From an uncultured Nitrososphaerota archaeon (GTDB lineage Archaea > Asgardarchaeota > Njordarchaeia > Njordarchaeales > Panguiarchaeaceae), in assembly GCA_964636085.1 (NCBI GenBank), contig CAZWPQ010000001.1, positions 73,427 through 137,426 of the forward strand: a stretch of 64,000 nt of DNA, in the 5' to 3' direction. The notes below the pieces were generated by a model, which was not told the origin of the DNA, made no database searches, and saw only the letters and a list, made by a program, of their open reading frames with translations. Shown piece by piece: positions 57,950 to 64,000 of the stretch. The first letter of the stretch is position 1. Every line of letters begins with the position of its first letter. The translations under genes were made by a program, and so were the position numbers.

Positions 57950-58035
57950 TGGTGCGCCGGGCGGGACTCGAACCCGCGTCACCAGCTTGGAAGGCTTATG
58001 CCTGTGTTGGCATCCTTCCTCTAGACTACCGGCGC
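57950..58035 (-). tRNA. tRNA-Gly(TCC) with non-canonical 12-nt intron at 29/30, CCA encoded
   Basis: CCA[ACACAGGCATAA]GC-CTTCCAA-GCTGG; BHB AAGG-ATGC-CA|A...GCAT-AA|G-CCTT. Confidence 0.9.
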
Positions 58036-58131
58036 TTTGGGATGGCATATCCTAATATTTATCTATTTTTGGGGTTCTTATAAAGGTTTATATCTCGACC
58101 TAGACTTGTTTGAAAAAATTATGTTTTATAT

Positions 58132-58458
58132 TTACTCTGCAAATTTTTGGATAAACCATTTAACGAATTTTTCGCATCTAAATGGATTATTTCTTGAGCC
58201 AGGCTTACATGTTTTTAATTTTTCGCACCCCAGACATGGTATCTCCATTATTTCGGGGTCTATGATTTCAGGTATTGTGACGTTATAGCCGTCAAAATCT
58301 ACCATATATAATTTATGTAGATGCAACAGTATTTCTTCGAGATTCTTAGCTACATCTGGGGATTTTTTCTCCACACGTTCCCTTAACTCGTCAAGCGTTG
58401 CTTGCCCCAATTTTAGTATCTCTCCCCAAACCAGACTTATGCTATTTAGATCTATCAT
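58132..58458 (-). CDS. TFE-beta / RNA Pol III C34-like protein (wHTH plus Fe-S Cys motif)
   Basis: C-term PCLGCEKLKTCKPG...NPFRCEKFVKW matches the C34 'PC..C.....C..G...SP..C....W' motif. Confidence 0.85.
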   Translation of the reverse strand: MIDLNSISLVWGEILKLGQATLDELRERVEKKSPDVAKNLEEILLHLHKLYMVDFDGYNVTIPEIIDPEIMEIPCLGCEKLKTCKPGSRNNPFRCEKFVKWFIQKFAE

Positions 58459-58512
58459 TCTGATTTATCCCTCACATCATATAAATTATTTGGTCAACAA
58501 TTGCTTTAAATA

Positions 58513-59097
58513 TTGCTTTTTAAGGGGATACACATGTACAAAAATATATTCATTACGGGGCCCCCAGGCTCGGGTAAATCGACGCTTCTTATGGATATAG
58601 TCAAGGAGCTGGAAAAAAGAGGCATTAGGGTCAGAGGGATTATATGCCCAGAAATTAGAAGAGGAAAATATAGATGGGGGTTTAAGGTTATTGTGTATCC
58701 TGACGGCCAGGAGGAAATTCTCGCTAGCGTAGAAATAAAACATGGGCCGCGAGTATCCAAGTACCGGGTCAATATTAATGGATTTGAAAGAGTTGGAGTT
58801 AGGGCCCTACAGGACTCCCTAGAGGATCCTAAGATCCAAGTATTGTTGATAGATGAAATTGGAAAAATGGAGCTCTTTAGTAACAAGTTTAGGAATATTG
58901 TGATAAAAATCCTTAACTCCAATAAGATAGTTCTAGGTGTTCTTGGTAGAACCAGCGACCCAATAGTAAGTCGCATCAAAAGTCGTAAGGATGTACTCAT
59001 CATAGATTTATCTTACGACACTGCACACCAACAAAAAGATTCTATTAAAAAACGGATAGTAAGCGATATAGTATCTATGTTATCTACCCCCTACTAG
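58513..59097 (+). CDS. THEP1/NTPase_1 nucleoside-triphosphatase
   Basis: IFITGPPGSGKST, GPRVSKY.V, IDEIGKMEL. Confidence 0.93.
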   Translation: MLFKGIHMYKNIFITGPPGSGKSTLLMDIVKELEKRGIRVRGIICPEIRRGKYRWGFKVIVYPDGQEEILASVEIKHGPRVSKYRVNINGFERVGVRALQDSLEDPKIQVLLIDEIGKMELFSNKFRNIVIKILNSNKIVLGVLGRTSDPIVSRIKSRKDVLIIDLSYDTAHQQKDSIKKRIVSDIVSMLSTPY

Positions 59098-59512
59098 AAG
59101 CAATCTCATATTTTTTCGATGTGAGTCTAAGGTTAAATGCTAGTTCAAAGTATGTCAAGAAAAGTCCACCGAGAAATACAATTTCTCCCTTGTCGTCCAG
59201 TTTTTTAATGATATCCACATAGCAAATTTTGTTTGTTGGTTCTAGGTGAGCAAAAACAATGGCCCTATCACCTATACGTAGATTACTTATTTCCTTTTCG
59301 ACACTCTGAGATATATGTGGATACGCTATTGTTGTTACGTTTTCATCATCGTCCTCCAACTTCAATACAAGCTTTGTTGATTCCTTTCTTATATCACTAA
59401 GCGTGCCCATAAATCTTACAGAATATATGTTTCTACCCAACTCGGATACAACAGACATACCTCTTAACTTCATGGTCTTTATTTCCTTTATACACGAAAA
59501 AACATAAGTCAT
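59084..59512 (-). CDS. OB-fold protein, RPA small subunit-like
   Basis: 'G.NIYSVRFMGTL......LKLEDDD..V' resembles RPA32-type 'VR..G.V.....LDDGTG'. Confidence 0.55.
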   Translation of the reverse strand: MTYVFSCIKEIKTMKLRGMSVVSELGRNIYSVRFMGTLSDIRKESTKLVLKLEDDDENVTTIAYPHISQSVEKEISNLRIGDRAIVFAHLEPTNKICYVDIIKKLDDKGEIVFLGGLFLTYFELAFNLRLTSKKYEIASSRG

Positions 59513-59880
59513 TCCACATCAACCAATTCTACCAATACTTCATCACCATCTTTAAGCATATACTTCTCTCTCAAATTGCACTCAGCAACTATCTCCACTA
59601 CATCTTCAGGATGTCTTGATTTTTCAGGACGCAGGACTATGACAAAGTCTTCAAATATCTTCCCCCTCGCATACAATATAGGGCTTGAAGAGGGAGGAGA
59701 AAATATCCTTAAAGGTAACTCCCTCCACGTTATTGAATTAAGCTTTATGTTTAGAGTCCCCCGAAATATATTACATTCATCGCATTTCAACTCCTTGGCG
59801 AAAAACCTCATATATTCCTTTTTTGATACGTAAAAACGGCCCAATCCCATGCCAGAAATAACTATGCCCTTTATTTTCAT
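59509..59880 (-). CDS. ribK: CTP-dependent riboflavin kinase
   Basis: G.VISG.G.GRFY, GTLNIKL, PEKSRHPEDVVEIVA..NLRE...LKDGDEV. Confidence 0.92.
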   Translation of the reverse strand: MKIKGIVISGMGLGRFYVSKKEYMRFFAKELKCDECNIFRGTLNIKLNSITWRELPLRIFSPPSSSPILYARGKIFEDFVIVLRPEKSRHPEDVVEIVAECNLREKYMLKDGDEVLVELVDVE

Positions 59881-60001
59881 AATTTGAGCACCAAATTCCG
59901 CAATAAATCAAAAAATATTATTGCTAATATTTTGTCAAATTAATATTTGCCTAATTAAATTTATATTGTGATGTTCCAATCATCGATATCGGTGATCATC
60001 A

Positions 60002-60415
60002 TTGAGCGAAAATGAGACAGAAATGACACCACTTACATATCATGAATTGGTTGAGGTTCTCGAGCAACTGTCCAAAGCGGAGGGTACCTTCAGAAGATCT
60101 ACCCAGAGACGTGTCTATGAGTATGCACAAAAATTTCTATTTGCCACAAAGGAAGAAATTAACGAAATAATCAGTAGGTTGGAGGAGCTGGGTATACCGC
60201 GGAAAATTGCAATACAAATTGCTTATATATTACCTTCCACCAAGGAAGAACTACGCCCCTTCCTTTCCCTTCTTCGACAGTCAGGAATCAAAATAGAGAA
60301 TGAGGAAGAACTAATAGAAAAAATAGTATCAATTACGCTTCCTGTATGGAAAGAAAAATATGGAACTATAATGTCCCTAAGAAACATAAGTCCATCAGAA
60401 CTTAAGAAAAAATAG
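60002..60415 (+). CDS. rpoF: RNA polymerase subunit F (Rpo4)
   Basis: LTYHEL.E.L, QRRVYEYAQKF, IAIQIAYILPSTKEELR. Confidence 0.85.
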   Translation: MSENETEMTPLTYHELVEVLEQLSKAEGTFRRSTQRRVYEYAQKFLFATKEEINEIISRLEELGIPRKIAIQIAYILPSTKEELRPFLSLLRQSGIKIENEEELIEKIVSITLPVWKEKYGTIMSLRNISPSELKKK

Positions 60416-60425
60416 GTGATCCATC

Positions 60426-61778
60426 CTGCCTAGCACACTTTCAAAGCTAAGATCATTATTTAGAAGAATACGAGGAATCCACATAGATGTTGAAGAACTC
60501 AACAATATACTTATGGATCTACAGCGAACGCTTATAGAAGCTGACGTTAATGTAAAATTAGCTAGAGACCTCGCCGATAAAATACGCAAGAAGATATTGG
60601 AGACTAAAATCCCAGAGGGTCTGCCACTCAACACAGTGGTCATGCGTTCACTATATGAGGAACTTGTTAGATTTCTAGGAGAGAAACGATACGACCTCAA
60701 CTTAAAACTGGGCAAACAAAACATAATTGTTCTTGTTGGTCTCCAAGGTAGTGGAAAAACAACAACATGTGCAAAGTTAGCGAAATGGTTAAAGAAGAGA
60801 GGGCTCAAAGTCGCCCTTATCTGTGCCGATACATACCGCCCTGCAGCCTATGAACAACTTAAACAACTAGCTAATCAAATAAATGTTCAATTCTATGGAG
60901 ACCCGAAAGAAAAGGATCCTATAAAGATAATCAAAGAGGGACTCAAAAAATTCAATAAAGCCGATGTAGTTATAATCGACACAGCGGGGAGGCATAAAGA
61001 AGAGGCTGGGCTAATGCGGGAGATGAAATCCATAATAAAGAAGACCAATCCTGACGAAGTACTTTTGGTCATAGATGGCATGATTGGTCAAAGAGCGTTT
61101 GATCAAGCCAAAGCATTTAGAGACGCCGTTGGGGATATAGGCGGTATAATAATCACAAAATTGGATGGTAGCGCGAGGGGAGGGGGCGCATTATCAGCCG
61201 CGGTAGCGGCTAACGCACCTATTAAATTTATAGGAACTGGCGAGCATATAGATGATTTCGAACCATATGATCCACCCGACTTTGTAGCAAGAATCCTTGG
61301 AATGCCAGATAAGCGTTTCCTTGAACAAATCTTGGAGACACTACCTGAGAAATTTATGCATTTACGTGAATTAACATTGCGAGATCTACGGGACTACTAT
61401 GAAAACATGCTAAAACGTGGCTCTGGAATTTTTGGACGGATAAAGGAACTTTTCGTTTCCAGCATTTCCGAGAAGGAGTTGAAAAAACAGCTTGGGAAAA
61501 CTCTTGCTGTTTTAAAGGCTATGAATGAAGAGGAGTTATACAATGTAGACTTATTAAAAGAGGCTGAAAGAATTGATAGGATTGCTAGGGGCAGTGGCGT
61601 TGATAGGATATATGTACGTAGAATAATCAAACAGTTCAATAAGCTTAAGAAAATGGTAAACGTTTTGATGAAGCAAAGAGGGCTTAGAAAAGATGAGGCA
61701 CTACGACAAATCATGGAAGGAAAAGTAGATACAGAGACCTTAGAAAGACTAGCGAGGAAAATGGGGATGAGGATATGA
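60426..61778 (+). CDS. srp54: signal recognition particle protein SRP54 (probable CTG start at 60426)
   Basis: LIEADVNV, GLQGSGKTT, DTYRPAAYEQL, DTAGRH, TKLDGSARGGGALS, RIARGSG. Confidence 0.97.
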   Translation: MPSTLSKLRSLFRRIRGIHIDVEELNNILMDLQRTLIEADVNVKLARDLADKIRKKILETKIPEGLPLNTVVMRSLYEELVRFLGEKRYDLNLKLGKQNIIVLVGLQGSGKTTTCAKLAKWLKKRGLKVALICADTYRPAAYEQLKQLANQINVQFYGDPKEKDPIKIIKEGLKKFNKADVVIIDTAGRHKEEAGLMREMKSIIKKTNPDEVLLVIDGMIGQRAFDQAKAFRDAVGDIGGIIITKLDGSARGGGALSAAVAANAPIKFIGTGEHIDDFEPYDPPDFVARILGMPDKRFLEQILETLPEKFMHLRELTLRDLRDYYENMLKRGSGIFGRIKELFVSSISEKELKKQLGKTLAVLKAMNEEELYNVDLLKEAERIDRIARGSGVDRIYVRRIIKQFNKLKKMVNVLMKQRGLRKDEALRQIMEGKVDTETLERLARKMGMRI

Positions 61779-62905
61779 AGGACAAGAGAGTCTTTGATAG
61801 AGTTCTCTTATTACTGGCAATAAAACCGCCGGGAAAGACTGTAAGCCTTGACCACATATATGAGAAAGTGCATAGAGACTGTGGTGCTACACGATCTGAA
61901 ATCATTGATGCTTTGAATGAATTAATATCAAAAGAATTTGCCGAAAAAACTGATGGCAACTTCATGATTACTGAGGAAGGCCGCAAAGCCGCATGGCCTT
62001 TAGCATTTGACGAATCCATGAATAAGAGTTATAGGTATGTCTATATTGCACGTTGGTACTACGGTCACGTGGAAGAACTTATTTTGCCTTTCCTGCTACA
62101 TAGACCTATTAGTGTAGTAAAGATATTCTCCGACGAGAAAGATCCAATCAATAAAATAAAACCAATCTTCGCTAGGTATGCAAAACAGAGACCTAAAACT
62201 TACAACTATATAAATTCTATCAAGGATTTATGGCGTTATATCGACATGCATGCTATCGACTTCATACCCTATGTTCACTCCAAACCAAAGGCACAATACC
62301 CAGACTGGTTTGTTATTGATATAGATGCTGGAGATACAATAAAGTCTGCTGGCAAACTAGGTTTTCAACTAATCAAGGACGTAACCCTAGAGACATATAA
62401 CACACTTAAGGAAGAATTCGATGTCGATTCTTGCATCAAATTCTCCGGAAGTAGGGGATTCCAGATATGGACTACCTTCGATAGTCCCCTAGGCAACTTT
62501 GATGTGTATAGAGATGCAATCAAAACGGTACAAAGGGAGGTCGAAAAAAGACTTAGCGAAAAATATGATATGCTCAAAGAGAGATATGGTAACATAATGG
62601 ACATCCCACTCACAACAAGTGAGGTAGCACATAGTGCAAAAAGAACTAAAAAAATTCTACTTGACTGGAGCTGTCTTAAGCTTGAAGGAGATGTTCGAGC
62701 TCCATGGAGCCTACATTGGAAGACATGCCTAGTGAGTGTTCCAGTAGCCCCCCGAGATATACCTCGTTTCGAGCCTAATGATGCCAAACCAACCGTAGTT
62801 GTTGATAATCTGAACAACCTGAGAAACCTCTTTGAGCTAAAGCCGTCCAGCTCTACCCTACTTAAGAAATCTGTGAGGCCTTCTCTTGATCTATTTTTTG
62901 GTTGA
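61775..62905 (+). CDS. archaeo-eukaryotic primase superfamily (LigD-Pol-like) protein with N-terminal winged helix
   Basis: PDWFVIDIDAG (motif I), KFSGSRGFQI (II), ILLDW (III), RAPWSLH...VSVPV; N-terminal wHTH 'ALNELISKEFAEK..GNFMITEEG'. Confidence 0.85.
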   Translation: MKDKRVFDRVLLLLAIKPPGKTVSLDHIYEKVHRDCGATRSEIIDALNELISKEFAEKTDGNFMITEEGRKAAWPLAFDESMNKSYRYVYIARWYYGHVEELILPFLLHRPISVVKIFSDEKDPINKIKPIFARYAKQRPKTYNYINSIKDLWRYIDMHAIDFIPYVHSKPKAQYPDWFVIDIDAGDTIKSAGKLGFQLIKDVTLETYNTLKEEFDVDSCIKFSGSRGFQIWTTFDSPLGNFDVYRDAIKTVQREVEKRLSEKYDMLKERYGNIMDIPLTTSEVAHSAKRTKKILLDWSCLKLEGDVRAPWSLHWKTCLVSVPVAPRDIPRFEPNDAKPTVVVDNLNNLRNLFELKPSSSTLLKKSVRPSLDLFFG

Positions 62906-62976
62906 TACTCCCTGTAATATATAGTTCTTTAATCCAAATTAACTTAGAATATCACACTTCCTAGGAGTGACCTAAT

Positions 62977-64000
62977 ATGATGCCAGAGCATATCTTTAGG
63001 GCGTACGATATTAGAGGCATCGTAGGCAAGGATTTATTCCCAGATATTATACTTCGTTGCAGTGCGATCTTTGCCAATATAATAAGTGAACGGGGAGGGA
63101 AAAAAGTTGCAGTGGGAGGCGATGTTAGATTATCAACACCTTCTCTGATTTATGCTGCTACTAGCGGTATTATTGCTACCGGACTCGATGTTATGTTTTA
63201 TTATCCACTACCGATACCCGTGTTTAATTTTAGTGTATGGACGAATAAAAATCTAGATGGTGGAGCTTACATTACTGCGTCCCACAACCCGCCAGAGTAT
63301 AACGGTATTCGGTTTAGACACGGTGATGGAACAGGTTTTTCGGTAGAGAACACAGAGATTAAACGTAGATACCTCAGGAATATGATAAAGTTCGTTAGCT
63401 GGGATAAATATGGCAATGCATCACCAGTCCATGTGAATGATATCATAGATGAATACATCTCGTTCGCTTTTTCCATAGTTCCCCCTCCAGAGACACATCT
63501 TAAAGTTGTTTTAGATGGAAAACATGGTTCATCCAATGTGGTGGCACCTAAAATCTTTAATCAATTCCATACAACACTTATGGTCAATGGCGTCATTGAT
63601 GGAAGTTTTCCCACAGGTATGCCAGATCCCCTACATGGTGATGTGACACTTATCTGCGATGTCATAAAGAGCACTAATGCTAACCTTGGCGTGGCCTATG
63701 ATGGTGATGGTGATCGTGCCGCTTTTTTTGATGAAAAAGGCAGGATTATACCAGCTGAAATAATTGGTTTATTTTTAGCTGAGAACCTGCTTAAATCGGG
63801 AGATGTGATTGTGTATAATGTCATGTGTAGCTCTATACTTAAGCGAAAGGCAGAGGAGATGGGCTTCAGAACCGTCGAGTGTAGGGTTGGGGATGTGTTT
63901 GTTGCGGAGGCTGCCAAGAAACATGAGGCAAAATTATGTGTGGAAGAGTCATACCATTTCTTTCTCCCGATATTTGGTTTCTATTATGACGATTCCATAC
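62977..64000 (+). CDS. phosphomannomutase/phosphoglucomutase, partial (runs off window end)
   Basis: Own translation MMPEHIFRAYDIRG...ITASHNPPEYNG...AYDGDGDR. Confidence 0.95.
   Translation, partial: MMPEHIFRAYDIRGIVGKDLFPDIILRCSAIFANIISERGGKKVAVGGDVRLSTPSLIYAATSGIIATGLDVMFYYPLPIPVFNFSVWTNKNLDGGAYITASHNPPEYNGIRFRHGDGTGFSVENTEIKRRYLRNMIKFVSWDKYGNASPVHVNDIIDEYISFAFSIVPPPETHLKVVLDGKHGSSNVVAPKIFNQFHTTLMVNGVIDGSFPTGMPDPLHGDVTLICDVIKSTNANLGVAYDGDGDRAAFFDEKGRIIPAEIIGLFLAENLLKSGDVIVYNVMCSSILKRKAEEMGFRTVECRVGDVFVAEAAKKHEAKLCVEESYHFFLPIFGFYYDDSI

Noticed and set aside
57742-58288. Plus-strand ORFs 57742-58083 and 58037-58288
   Set aside because: Antisense to three tRNA genes and to the TFE-beta gene; no protein features
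1-64000. CRISPR array, rRNA, provirus, IS or defence island
   Set aside because: No repeat-spacer array, integrase, transposase, capsid gene or tRNA 3'-end duplication recognised

Overview
Gene-dense (~70 CDS, 8 tRNA genes), AT-rich core chromosomal segment of an archaeon, probably a thermophile (GC-rich tRNA stems, TmcA/Nat10). It carries several eukaryotic-signature proteins: a Rag/Gtr-type GTPase-roadblock, an NPRL2/uDENN-like longin, a Mak16/eL28 homologue, a 7TM-longin protein and a GIFT/IFT52-like domain. Together these point to Asgardarchaeota, possibly Njordarchaeales-like (inference). Most genes are informational housekeeping: r-proteins, aIF2-gamma, exosome, SBDS, KEOPS, SRP54/FtsY, aaRSs, RpoF, TFE-beta, a scrambled A/V-ATPase cluster and NurA-HerA. 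No CRISPR array, rRNA gene, integrase or transposase was seen. The best candidate for a new system is a gap-free two-gene operon (1452-3203) coupling a Rag-like GTPase to an NPRL2/FLCN-like longin that keeps the putative arginine finger, i.e. a minimal prokaryotic Rag-GATOR1-like switch. Other highlights are ATPase subunit E fused to a degenerate restriction-endonuclease-fold domain, a tRNA-Ala lacking G3:U70, a catalytically eroded IorAB-like pair, and a CdrS/aCcr1-like regulator with candidate palindromic operators. All protein calls come from motif recognition by eye; no database searches were run.
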